From positions 1-26,179 of the IMG/VR virus record IMGVR_UViG_3300017780_006067: a stretch of 26,179 bases of DNA, one strand, 5' to 3'. Under the pieces are notes generated by a model. That model had not been told where the DNA came from and ran no database searches. It worked only from the letters and a program-made list of their open reading frames with translations. The DNA is from a virus (lineage: Duplodnaviria > Caudoviricetes). The position numbers and the translations under genes were made by a program. Shown here one piece after another: positions 9,080 through 18,161 of this stretch. Within the stretch, counting starts at the first letter, position 1, and each line of letters starts with the position of its first letter.

Positions 9080-9142
9080 CTACGATGAGTAAGGCGAACT
9101 TCACAACTAAGTGATTGCTAATATACCACTCCAAGATAATAT

Positions 9143-11869
9143 ATGATAGACAGTAATGAAATTGAGTCATTCCTCCACGGAAATGACCCGGAAGAGTTTA
9201 TAGTTGCCATCGAGTATGACTACCGAGACAACTGTATTTACAAAATTAAGGAGATTCCCGGTAAAGGGAAAGAAATCCGTAAAGACACTTTTACCCCGTT
9301 CGCTTGGGTAGGTGATTTAAAAAAACTAAAATTTTATAACGATTCAAAAACATCACAGAAAGAGGCCATGTCTAAATATGGTATTCTAATTGAGAAATTG
9401 GAAACTCATGGAAATGAACGACTTGAAAAAGGATTGACTTACTTGGTTAAATCCATGAAAGGTTATAGAGAACTTATTCAATTCTTTAGGGATGGTGGGT
9501 GTGACCCATGGGGAGATAAGGCCAAAGATAAAATAACTCTTTTATCTCCGGTCGAACAATATCTTGTATCTAAAGAAAAAAGATTATTCAAAGGGTTTGA
9601 AAACTATAACGAGGTTACTCGAATGGTTTATGACTTGGAGACGACCTCTCTTGAACCTAAGGACGGTCGTATCTTCATGATTGGTATCAAAACCAATAAA
9701 GGATTCCATAGAGTAATTGAGTGTACTGATGAAAATGAAGAAAAAGGTGCTATCATTGAATTCTTTAAAGTAATCAATGAACTTAAACCATCAATTATTG
9801 GTGGGTATAACTCAGCAAACTTTGACTGGCATTGGATATTTGAAAGAAGTAAAATATTGGGGATTGATTTGAAAAAGGTATGTAAATCATTAAACCCCAA
9901 CCATTCTTATACTCGTAAGGATGGTATGTTAAAATTAGCTAATGAAGTTGAAACTTATACTCAAACCTCGATTTGGGGTTATAATGTAATTGATATTATT
10001 CATGCAGTTCGTAGAGCCCAAGCAATCAACTCAAGTATTAAAGCAGCTGGTTTAAAATATATTACCAAATACATTAATGCCGAATCCCCAAGTCGTGTTT
10101 ACATTGACCACTTAGACATCGGTCCATTTTATGCAAACAAAGAAGATTTTTGGTTAAATACGACCAATGGTAATTATAAAAAAGTTGGTGTTGACCCCAA
10201 GATTGATGAAATATGTGGAAGACGAACTGATACTTACGAAAAAACTAGTGGAGATAAGTTAGTAGAGATGTATCTTGACGATGACTTAGATGAAACCCTT
10301 AAGGTGGACCAAGAGTTCAACCAAGGTTCATTCTTGTTGGCGGCAATGATTCCAACAACATACGAAAGGGTTTCAACTATGGGTACCGCAACATTATGGA
10401 AAATGTTAATGTTGGCTTGGTCTTATAAACACGGAATTGCAATTCCTGCTAAAGAGGCGAAGACAGACTTCGTAGGAGGTCTTTCAAGACTTCTAAAAGT
10501 TGGATACTCTAAGAATGTTCTAAAACTTGACTTTAGTTCCCTATACCCCTCAATTCAGTTGGTACACGATGTATTTCCTGATTGTGATGTTACGGGAGCA
10601 ATGAAAGGTATGTTAACCTATTTCCGTAATACTCGTATCAAATACAAACAATTATCCGAAGAATACTATGAGATAGATAAAGCAAAATCTGAATCATATG
10701 GTAATAAACAATTACCGATTAAGATTTTTATCAACTCAATGTTTGGGGCTCTATCAGCTCCACAGGTATATGCTTGGGGAGATATGTATATGGGGGAACA
10801 AATTACTTGTACCGGTAGACAATATCTTCGTCAAATGATTAAATTTTTCATGACAAAAGGATATGTTCCTTTAGTTATGGATACGGATGGTGTCAACTTC
10901 TCTACTCCGGATGAAGCAAATGACCGTGTATATGTTGGTCGAGGATTAAATTGGAAAGTAAAAGAAGGTAAAGAATATTACGGACCTGAAGCGGATGTTG
11001 CGGAGTATAATGATATTTTTATGAGAGGTGAGATGGCCCTCGATACTGATGGGGTTTGGCCATCAACTATTAATTTAGCTCGTAAGAATTATGCAGTTAT
11101 GGATTCTAAAGGTAAAATTAAGTTAACCGGGAATTCAATTAAGTCTAAAAAATTACCATTATATATTGAGGAATTTTTAGATAAAGGTATTAAGTTATTA
11201 CTTGAGGGTAATGGTCAGGTGTTTGTCGAATACTACTATGAGTATTTACAAAAAATATACGATAAACAAATTTCTTTAAGTAAAGTAGCTCAAAGAGCAA
11301 GGGTTAAATTATCTTTAGATGATTATAAAAAACGATTATCGACCAAGACAAAATCGGGAAATAGTATGTCTCGAATGGCACATATGGAATTGGCGTTACA
11401 AGAAAACTTAAAAGTTAATTTAGGGGATGTTATCATGTATGTTAATAATGGTTTAAGGGCATCCCACGGGGATGTTCAGAAAAAAGGTGATGGGGTTCAA
11501 TTAAATTGTTATATGTTAGATAAAAATATATTAGATGATAATCCGGATTTACAAGGAGATTATAATGTTGCAAGGGCAGTAACAACCTTCAATAAGAAAC
11601 TTCAACCATTAATGGTTGTATTTCAAGATGAGGTTAGAAATAATTTATTAGTAAATGAACCCGAAAAGAGAGGAATATTTACAAAATCACAATGTGAACT
11701 GATTAATGGTCACCCATTAGAAGAAGGTTCCCAAGATAGATTACAGGAAGATGTTTTAGACATAACCGAACAAGAAATGAGATATTGGGAGAAACGAGGT
11801 TTATCTCCCAATTATATGTACGACTTAGCCGAGAAAGGTTGGGAAGAAAAGTTAATCGAGATGGCATAA
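9143..11869 (+). CDS. polB: Family B DNA polymerase with 3'-5' exonuclease domain
   Basis: ExoI YDLET, ExoII GYNSANFDW, ExoIII YLDDD; polymerase motifs LDFSSLYPS, KIFINSMFG and MDTDG. Confidence 0.95.
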   Translation: MIDSNEIESFLHGNDPEEFIVAIEYDYRDNCIYKIKEIPGKGKEIRKDTFTPFAWVGDLKKLKFYNDSKTSQKEAMSKYGILIEKLETHGNERLEKGLTYLVKSMKGYRELIQFFRDGGCDPWGDKAKDKITLLSPVEQYLVSKEKRLFKGFENYNEVTRMVYDLETTSLEPKDGRIFMIGIKTNKGFHRVIECTDENEEKGAIIEFFKVINELKPSIIGGYNSANFDWHWIFERSKILGIDLKKVCKSLNPNHSYTRKDGMLKLANEVETYTQTSIWGYNVIDIIHAVRRAQAINSSIKAAGLKYITKYINAESPSRVYIDHLDIGPFYANKEDFWLNTTNGNYKKVGVDPKIDEICGRRTDTYEKTSGDKLVEMYLDDDLDETLKVDQEFNQGSFLLAAMIPTTYERVSTMGTATLWKMLMLAWSYKHGIAIPAKEAKTDFVGGLSRLLKVGYSKNVLKLDFSSLYPSIQLVHDVFPDCDVTGAMKGMLTYFRNTRIKYKQLSEEYYEIDKAKSESYGNKQLPIKIFINSMFGALSAPQVYAWGDMYMGEQITCTGRQYLRQMIKFFMTKGYVPLVMDTDGVNFSTPDEANDRVYVGRGLNWKVKEGKEYYGPEADVAEYNDIFMRGEMALDTDGVWPSTINLARKNYAVMDSKGKIKLTGNSIKSKKLPLYIEEFLDKGIKLLLEGNGQVFVEYYYEYLQKIYDKQISLSKVAQRARVKLSLDDYKKRLSTKTKSGNSMSRMAHMELALQENLKVNLGDVIMYVNNGLRASHGDVQKKGDGVQLNCYMLDKNILDDNPDLQGDYNVARAVTTFNKKLQPLMVVFQDEVRNNLLVNEPEKRGIFTKSQCELINGHPLEEGSQDRLQEDVLDITEQEMRYWEKRGLSPNYMYDLAEKGWEEKLIEMA

Positions 11870-11870
11870 A

Positions 11871-11894
11871 AAAAGTGGTCGAAAGACCACTTTT
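11871..11894. terminator. Bidirectional rho-independent terminator between convergent genes
   Basis: AAAAGTGGTC-GAAA-GACCACTTTT, with an A run on one side and a T run on the other. Confidence 0.9.
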
Positions 11895-11899
11895 GTTTT

Positions 11900-12235
11900 T
11901 TATGATTGTTTTAATCCATCAGAAGATAAAATATACCAATTACCATTAACATGTCTGAATTCAATACACGAATATTTATCCGCAATTAATTCGTCATAGT
12001 CCTCATCAATTTTCCCAATGTCGGGTTTGATGGTAACTTTAGTCATTGATTTAATTACAATATGGTCAGTTGTTTTTGAATCTAAAGTAATTAATGATTG
12101 TAAGACACCTCTAACGATAATACAACTTTCTCCATTAGTTCTATAGTCTAATTCAGATACTACAGAAATTTCTGAAGAATCAACTACTAGTCCGTTTATT
12201 ATTTTTCTTGATGGTATTGATTTAATTATTGCCAT
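11900..12235 (-). CDS. Hypothetical beta-rich protein, probably virion-associated
   Basis: Directly downstream of the neck gene (4-nt gap). C-terminal VTIKP..KID..YSCIEF..NGNWYI resembles modules seen in phage fibre proteins. Confidence 0.6.
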   Translation of the reverse strand: MAIIKSIPSRKIINGLVVDSSEISVVSELDYRTNGESCIIVRGVLQSLITLDSKTTDHIVIKSMTKVTIKPDIGKIDEDYDELIADKYSCIEFRHVNGNWYILSSDGLKQS

Positions 12236-12239
12236 ATTC

Positions 12240-13364
12240 TTATATTACGTAAATTTGTCGAGGCATAGCTCTAAATTTCATTTGTTTGTTTAAATTTTCT
12301 GCGATTAACGCTTCTCGTTCCATCACTTTTTCGGGTCTTAATCTTGTTAACCAACCTTCCGCACCTGTTAATTCTTCGATTAATTTTGTTTTCTCATCTT
12401 TCGCCTCAGTTGATAGTGATTGATAATCCATTGTTAATTCACTATCAGGTGTTTTAAGATTACCAGTATATTTTCCTCGAACTCTCGCCAAAGTTTCTTT
12501 ACAGTATGCGGTAAACCATCTTCTAACCCATTGTTGACCTGGTATGTTTAAATCTTCCCATAACATATTATCCATTGGAACATCTGAAGGTAATTTAATA
12601 ACATCAGGATTGTTTTTTAAACAATCTGCTCTATTGTCAGGACTCACATCATAATACCAATACCACACGGCTTTACCAACATAATTAGTGAAACTACCCC
12701 AATTAAATCTTCCTCCCGGTGTATTGTATAAATGAATCATTTTTTTACCGTCAGGTAAACCGGTAATTCTATATGTTAACGAACCACCTAAAATTCTATT
12801 AAGAATGTTTGATTCTTGTGCTCTAATTAAATAATCGAATCCTGACATCATAAAATAAGAACCTTGATTACCCATTTGGGAAAATCCTGCTTCACTGGCA
12901 CCAAGACCAGCACCTCCAAAAGGACCTCCAAAACCACCCATCATTCCGAGATTATATGGTCTATCACTAAACCATAACAATTCATTTACCTCACGACCTG
13001 CGGGTATTTCATATGTTTGAGTGTTAGCACTTAAAATAAAATAATCTTTTTTCAACACCCAAGGACCATCGGTTTGTAATCCAACAATTTTAGAGTATGA
13101 ATAACTAAATTGTTGTTCAAAGTCCATTGTTCGAGTAATCAATGCCTTGGCAACTGATTTCTCATTCATATTTAGATTGACTAAATTAACCCATTGACTG
13201 TCTATTAACCATTGAAGAACATATTCCTCATAGTCTCCAATAGATAATTCCATCAATGAGTCCATCATCTCATCTTCAAGCTCAACACTTCTAAGTGGTG
13301 CACCTAATTGATGTTTGACTCTCGTATAAATTTTACTTCTTTCTGGTTCCGGTATAACTGCCAT
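12240..13364 (-). CDS. gp13: Neck / head-tail adaptor protein, T4 gp13-like
   Basis: N-terminal RVKHQLGAPLRSVELED (cf. gp13 LGAP..VE) and C-terminal WVRRWFTAYCKETLARVRGKY. Confidence 0.8.
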   Translation of the reverse strand: MAVIPEPERSKIYTRVKHQLGAPLRSVELEDEMMDSLMELSIGDYEEYVLQWLIDSQWVNLVNLNMNEKSVAKALITRTMDFEQQFSYSYSKIVGLQTDGPWVLKKDYFILSANTQTYEIPAGREVNELLWFSDRPYNLGMMGGFGGPFGGAGLGASEAGFSQMGNQGSYFMMSGFDYLIRAQESNILNRILGGSLTYRITGLPDGKKMIHLYNTPGGRFNWGSFTNYVGKAVWYWYYDVSPDNRADCLKNNPDVIKLPSDVPMDNMLWEDLNIPGQQWVRRWFTAYCKETLARVRGKYTGNLKTPDSELTMDYQSLSTEAKDEKTKLIEELTGAEGWLTRLRPEKVMEREALIAENLNKQMKFRAMPRQIYVI

Positions 13365-13368
13365 GACT

Positions 13369-13375
13369 ATAAATA
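13369..13375 (-). promoter_or_regulatory. TATTTAT putative late promoter of the neck gene
   Basis: Minus strand reads aataTATTTATagtcATG, the same 4-nt spacing as at 8659. Confidence 0.55.
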
Positions 13376-13387
13376 TATTAAAATTTG

Positions 13388-14923
13388 TTATTGTAATTCA
13401 TACAATAATGAGTTAGATGGAAATATGTATTCACCATTAACAATTTCTTTAATTTTATTATCAAAAATTAAAACTTTCCCACGGCTTTCAAAAATCATCC
13501 AATCAGTATTATATTTTCCAATAATACCATTACCAATAATAGTGATATTATCATTATTAATTTGCTTGGAGTTATACCCCTTAATTTGTGCGGTTTTAGT
13601 CTCACCGTTTAATGTTATTTTCATATCAATACCACCAATAGCATCTTTTCTAATTCCGGGACCTCCCACCATTTCAGTTTTAACATTATTACCAAAATTC
13701 TTTACAAGTACATCTGACACAGTATTTTCTCGTCTTCTTCCTTGTTGTTCACGAATATCTAAAACTTTTATTAAATTTTTGAAAGTGCTACTATTAACAT
13801 CAAAAATCCTTTCTTTATAGTAATTAATCGCATTAAGGAATCTTTCTGTTTCTCTTACTTGTTCTTTAGGAGTTTTATTTTTAAAATCAATTGGTAGTTT
13901 ATTTGGTATTTGTTTAATGACTTGATTAATATCATTAACTAAAACACAAAAGGTTGAATAATTAGTATTAATATTATTAATTAAAGACCTCCCGGGACCT
14001 TCTACATCGTAAAATCCTGGTAAATAAATCTCACCTGGATTTGCAATATATTTGTCAGAAAAAACTTCTTTAAGGATTTTATCCATTCCATTTCTATAAA
14101 TCCATTTAACATCTTGATTATTGTCATATAATTTTCCAAAAAACGAGTTATCTGAAAAAGAACATGATTCTGATTTACCTTCCATTAATATTTGTTTAAT
14201 TTTTGTTGACTCAAGAAGTTTTGTCTCAGTTTTCATTTCATATAGTTTGGAGACAAAATCCCAATTCACTACTTTCCAAAAGTTTGAAATATATTCATCC
14301 CTTTTATTTCTATACTTTAGATAGTATGCATGTTCCCATAAATCTAAACCTAATAGTGGAAACCCACCACCTTCAATAACATTCATTAATGGATTGTCCT
14401 GATTTGGAGTTGACATAATCTTTAAGGTATTTTTTGATGTTAAAACTAACCATACCCATCCGGACCCAAATCTTTCTTTTGCAATTTTTTCAAACTCTTG
14501 TTTAAATGACGATAAATTACCATATTGTTTGTTAATTTTTGTTAACAAATCACCTTTAAGTCTCATTGGTTTTGGTGATAACATATTCCAAAATAATGCG
14601 TGGTTAAACGCACCACCGGCATTATTTCGTATAGTTTTGTCAAATTGGCTAATTTTTTTAATTATTTGGATTAATTCTAAATCCCCCTGTTTTTTCTTTG
14701 AAAGAGCGTCATTCAATTTATCAACATAACCTTTATAATGTTTGTTGTAATGAAATTCCATCGTTTCAGGGTCAATAAATTGTTTCAGGGCTGAGTAAGA
14801 ATAAGGAAGTTTTTCAATTCCAATTTTCTTCATTTCGGTTATTAACAATCTTTGTTCCTTTAATACATGATTTCCAAGGATTACTGTTTCTAACTCGTTA
14901 ATTTTTTGTTCTATTTTTTTCAT
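13388..14923 (-). CDS. sod: Fe/Mn superoxide dismutase (Mn-type signature) fused to a C-terminal PD-(D/E)xK-like domain
   Basis: aa ~38-229: LPYSYSAL, H58, NNAGGAFNH108, FGSGWVWL, NQD, D194-LWE-H198-AYY. aa ~395-450: G..E399..ID433..AQ446IK448. Confidence 0.85.
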   Translation of the reverse strand: MKKIEQKINELETVILGNHVLKEQRLLITEMKKIGIEKLPYSYSALKQFIDPETMEFHYNKHYKGYVDKLNDALSKKKQGDLELIQIIKKISQFDKTIRNNAGGAFNHALFWNMLSPKPMRLKGDLLTKINKQYGNLSSFKQEFEKIAKERFGSGWVWLVLTSKNTLKIMSTPNQDNPLMNVIEGGGFPLLGLDLWEHAYYLKYRNKRDEYISNFWKVVNWDFVSKLYEMKTETKLLESTKIKQILMEGKSESCSFSDNSFFGKLYDNNQDVKWIYRNGMDKILKEVFSDKYIANPGEIYLPGFYDVEGPGRSLINNINTNYSTFCVLVNDINQVIKQIPNKLPIDFKNKTPKEQVRETERFLNAINYYKERIFDVNSSTFKNLIKVLDIREQQGRRRENTVSDVLVKNFGNNVKTEMVGGPGIRKDAIGGIDMKITLNGETKTAQIKGYNSKQINNDNITIIGNGIIGKYNTDWMIFESRGKVLIFDNKIKEIVNGEYIFPSNSLLYELQ

Positions 14924-14945
14924 ATGTTTGGTTTAACCATTACAT

Positions 14946-14952
14946 ATAAATA
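14946..14952 (-). promoter_or_regulatory. TATTTAT putative late promoter of the SOD fusion
   Basis: Minus strand gatTATTTATatg, 22 nt before the ATG at 14923. Confidence 0.45.
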
Positions 14953-14965
14953 ATCAAAAATTAAT

Positions 14966-16717
14966 TTAACGACGCATTTCATTAATTCTCTTTAAAATTT
15001 CTTCAGCTGCGTCGGCAGTATTTTGATTATCACCCATAACGGTTGCTATAACTTGTTTTTTATTGTGGAGTATGTCATAAATAATTCCTTCAATCGTATT
15101 TTCGAAAATTGGATAATAAACTAGTACATTATTTTTTTGCCCGTATCTATAAGCACGGTCTTCCGCCTGTGCGTGGTCGGATGGTAAAAATGATAAGTCA
15201 TTAAAAATTACCGCTTCTGCCGATGTCAATGTAATACCAACACCCGCAGCTTTAATATTACCAACAAATACTTTTATCTTATCGTTTTCTTGAAATTGGT
15301 CAACACTAAATTGTCTCTCTACTTTAGACATTGAACCATCAAGCTTAACCGCCGCCTTTCCAAAATGTTCTGTAATTTTATTTAATGAATCGGTAAAATT
15401 ACAAAAAATTATGACTTTTTTATCTTGTTCAATAATATTTTCAGCAATTTCTATTGTTTGACTTATTTTTTCATCTGCAATGATTTGACGAATCTTAGTT
15501 AATTTTGTAAATTGAACTGTTAAAGATTTTGATTCTTCCGGATTCTTCTCGTACCAATTATAATAATCCCCCATTACTTCCTCATAAAGTTTAGACTTTA
15601 ATCTTAGATAAACCGGAGTAATAATTTTATCAGGTAAATCTAAAACATTTTCTTTTAATCTTCTCAGAGTAAGACCCGCAGTTCTATCTCGTAATTCTTC
15701 AAGATTTGATGCTCCTTGGACATTCCAAATTTTTCTTGGACCAACTTTAAATTGAAAACCGGCACAGTAACGAATAACATATGCCATCCAATTCTTGGCA
15801 ACAGGTGAATCAATTAAACTAAGTAAATTAAAATAATCGATTGGACGGGAAGTCATAGGTGTACCGGTTAACAACCATAATCTATCAACACTTTTTGTAA
15901 TGTCGTTAATAAGTTTTGTTCGTTGAGCTTGTGCGTTTTTAATATAATGAGCCTCATCAATAATTATTAAATCAAATTTTGACATTAAAATTAAAGAATC
16001 GTCTTTCTTTTTTGGGTCATGAAAATTTTTCATAATGTCATAATTAACAATAACAAAGTCGTCCTCAGTACTAAATTGTTTTCCTTCTGAGATAAAAATA
16101 CTTCTATCAGAATAGTTTTCAATTTCTCTTTTCCAGTTAATTTTAAGAGTTGCGGGACAAATGATTAGAATTTTTTTTGCTCCGGTCTCTAAAGCCGCCA
16201 TAATTGTTGAAGTAGTTTTTCCTAATCCCATATCATCAGCAAGGATAAACTTTTTATTCTCAACTAATTTTTGAACGGCCTCTTTTTGATGGTCAAGAGG
16301 AGGGCGATTAGAGTATTTTGAATAATCAATTACAACATCCTTAACTGTATTATCTTTAATGATGGCAGCTTTGGGTAACCAAAAATGATGAAATTCTTCA
16401 GTTTCAAATACTTTACCCCAAATATGATAAGCCTTTTCTTTATCAGATAATAGTTTTTCAACCCAAACTTTTTTTGGTATTTCGGTGTATAGTTTATCGT
16501 CCGCAAGTTTTTGTGCGAAGTAGGTATCAAGAATTACCCATTTCTTAGCGACTTTGGGTTCTTTGTCGTGATTGTTAATTATGTATTCTGATTGACTCCT
16601 TGTTGGATAAAATTTTCTATTTAATTGAGACTTTCGTTTTAACTCAATCAGGTAGTTATTACCACCTTCATAGGTTTCCAATAGGGACAATGCTTTTGAC
16701 TCGAGACTTACATTCAT
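14966..16717 (-). CDS. SNF2-family (SMARCAL1/HARP-like) DNA helicase/translocase
   Basis: ILADDMGLGKT, IIDEAH, LTGTP, GVGITLT and QAEDRAYRYGQ. Confidence 0.92.
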   Translation of the reverse strand: MNVSLESKALSLLETYEGGNNYLIELKRKSQLNRKFYPTRSQSEYIINNHDKEPKVAKKWVILDTYFAQKLADDKLYTEIPKKVWVEKLLSDKEKAYHIWGKVFETEEFHHFWLPKAAIIKDNTVKDVVIDYSKYSNRPPLDHQKEAVQKLVENKKFILADDMGLGKTTSTIMAALETGAKKILIICPATLKINWKREIENYSDRSIFISEGKQFSTEDDFVIVNYDIMKNFHDPKKKDDSLILMSKFDLIIIDEAHYIKNAQAQRTKLINDITKSVDRLWLLTGTPMTSRPIDYFNLLSLIDSPVAKNWMAYVIRYCAGFQFKVGPRKIWNVQGASNLEELRDRTAGLTLRRLKENVLDLPDKIITPVYLRLKSKLYEEVMGDYYNWYEKNPEESKSLTVQFTKLTKIRQIIADEKISQTIEIAENIIEQDKKVIIFCNFTDSLNKITEHFGKAAVKLDGSMSKVERQFSVDQFQENDKIKVFVGNIKAAGVGITLTSAEAVIFNDLSFLPSDHAQAEDRAYRYGQKNNVLVYYPIFENTIEGIIYDILHNKKQVIATVMGDNQNTADAAEEILKRINEMRR

Positions 16718-16738
16718 CTATACAAAAAATATTTGAAC

Positions 16739-16770
16739 TAAATATAGTCAATATTGAAGTATTTATCAAT
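16739..16770. promoter_or_regulatory. Overlapping divergent promoters: ATTG-N20-TATATTTA (minus, SNF2 gene) and TATTTAT at 16760-16766 (plus, gp14-like gene)
   Basis: Both motifs lie in the 55-bp intergenic gap. Confidence 0.45.
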
Positions 16771-16772
16771 AT

Positions 16773-17285
16773 ATGCAAAAATTAGTTCCAATTACAAGAT
16801 TAGGTAAGTTCTTCGGAGCTGAAGATTATTCTCTCGACATAGGTATGGGGGAAGAATGGTTATTGGGTGATATGAACTTTACCGTTATTCTTTATAGAGT
16901 TGATAGAAATAAAACCAAAACTGATGATGTTTATGGAGAGGTAACCGAAGATGGAATCCAATTCATGACTCCGGTTGAATTACAAGGTTTAGTTCAGGTA
17001 ATGGCACCGTCATCTAAAAATTATGGTAACTCACGAGTTGAATTACAAGAACCGGGTAATATGAAGTTTTCATTATATCAAAAAACTCTTGATGAGTTAG
17101 GTGTCGAAATATTTCAAGGGGATTATCTTGGGTATTATGAAACTGAAGACAGAGTTAGATATTATGTTGTGAGTGATGATGGATATGTTAGGTCTGATAA
17201 TAAACACACTTATGCTGGATACAAACCATTTTATAGAAGTATTGTTGCCACTTATGTAAGTGAAAATGAATTTAAAGGGATATAA
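16773..17285 (+). CDS. Head closure / neck protein, T4 gp14-like
   Basis: VILYRVD....DDVYGE....F..PVEL and GDYL pattern; size and structural-gene context. Confidence 0.55.
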   Translation: MQKLVPITRLGKFFGAEDYSLDIGMGEEWLLGDMNFTVILYRVDRNKTKTDDVYGEVTEDGIQFMTPVELQGLVQVMAPSSKNYGNSRVELQEPGNMKFSLYQKTLDELGVEIFQGDYLGYYETEDRVRYYVVSDDGYVRSDNKHTYAGYKPFYRSIVATYVSENEFKGI

Positions 17286-17683
17286 TGGAATACATAATAA
17301 AAGAGAGTAAATTATTTAACACCATCTATCAGTATATTGATAGTAATTTAAACTCAAATGAGATTAATTGGGATTATGGTTTAGATGATGCTGAAAATGA
17401 ATATTCTGAGACGGAAGAAAACGAAAATTATTTAATTTTCTACAAAGGAGAAGGATGGAGCGATGTAGTTTTTGATTATTTCAAGCCGGATTATTATGAA
17501 GATAAACCATTCACTATATCGTTTAGAAATCGTGCACCTATTTTAGTAGTTTTGGATGAATTTGGGGAACTTTTAGATAATATGTTTGATATATATTGGC
17601 ACGAACCTATGAAAAAATGGTTTGAAGATAAATTTAATTTACCGGTTAAATTTGTGACGAGTGTGGTTGGTCATGGGATTTAA
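17285..17683 (+). CDS. Acidic hypothetical protein, paralog A
   Basis: MEYIIKESKLFN...EPMKKWFEDKFNLPVK; clear paralog of 17760..18161. Confidence 0.8.
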   Translation: MEYIIKESKLFNTIYQYIDSNLNSNEINWDYGLDDAENEYSETEENENYLIFYKGEGWSDVVFDYFKPDYYEDKPFTISFRNRAPILVVLDEFGELLDNMFDIYWHEPMKKWFEDKFNLPVKFVTSVVGHGI

Positions 17684-17760
17684 CCGATGGTGGGGACAAC
17701 CCATTCTATAGAAGTATTGTTGCAACTTACGTAAGTGAAAATGAATTTAAAGGGATATAA
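17649..17760 (+). pseudogene. Chimeric gene remnant: Zn-ribbon fragment joined in frame to a gp14-like C-terminus
   Basis: Reads CDECGWSWDLTDGGDN-PFYRSIVATYVSENEFKGI*. 17649-17702 matches 18229-18282 and 17696-17760 matches 17221-17285. Confidence 0.8.
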
Positions 17761-18161
17761 TGGAATACATAATAAAAGAGAGTAAATTATTTAACGCAAT
17801 CTATCAGTATCTTGATAGTTATTTAGACCCAAGTGAAATGGATTGGGTTTATGGAATTGGTTTTGATGAAGATGGTTATGAAGATATAGATAAGGATAAT
17901 GAAAACTTTTTAATCTTCTTTAAAGGCGAGTGGAGTGGAGAGGATTATACTGATATTGTTTTTAATTATTTTGATGTAGATTATTATGAAGATGAACCAT
18001 CAGAACAATCATTTAGAAATCAAGCTCCAATTTTAGAAGTTATGGGTGAATATGCGGAACATTTAGACAGTATGTTTAATGAACACTGGGAAGAACCTAT
18101 GAAAAAATGGTTTGAAGATAAATTTAATTTACCGGTTAAATCGTTGTCTACACATTATTAA
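17760..18161 (+). CDS. Acidic hypothetical protein, paralog B
   Basis: Same termini as paralog A; 18093-18141 is identical to 17603-17651. Confidence 0.8.
   Translation: MEYIIKESKLFNAIYQYLDSYLDPSEMDWVYGIGFDEDGYEDIDKDNENFLIFFKGEWSGEDYTDIVFNYFDVDYYEDEPSEQSFRNQAPILEVMGEYAEHLDSMFNEHWEEPMKKWFEDKFNLPVKSLSTHY

Larger units (their letters stand above)
17221..17825 (+). repeat. ~130-bp direct repeat (17221-17350 and 17696-17825) covering the gp14-like 3' end and the paralog 5' end
   Basis: Near-identical copies at an offset of 475 bp. Confidence 0.9.

Noticed and set aside
9143-11869. Intein or intron in the DNA polymerase
   Set aside because: The ORF is continuous, of ordinary length, with normally spaced motifs and no visible splicing or LAGLIDADG signatures.
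13308-13820. 170-aa plus-strand ORF
   Set aside because: Antisense shadow of the SOD fusion and neck genes, non-ATG start, no recognisable motifs.
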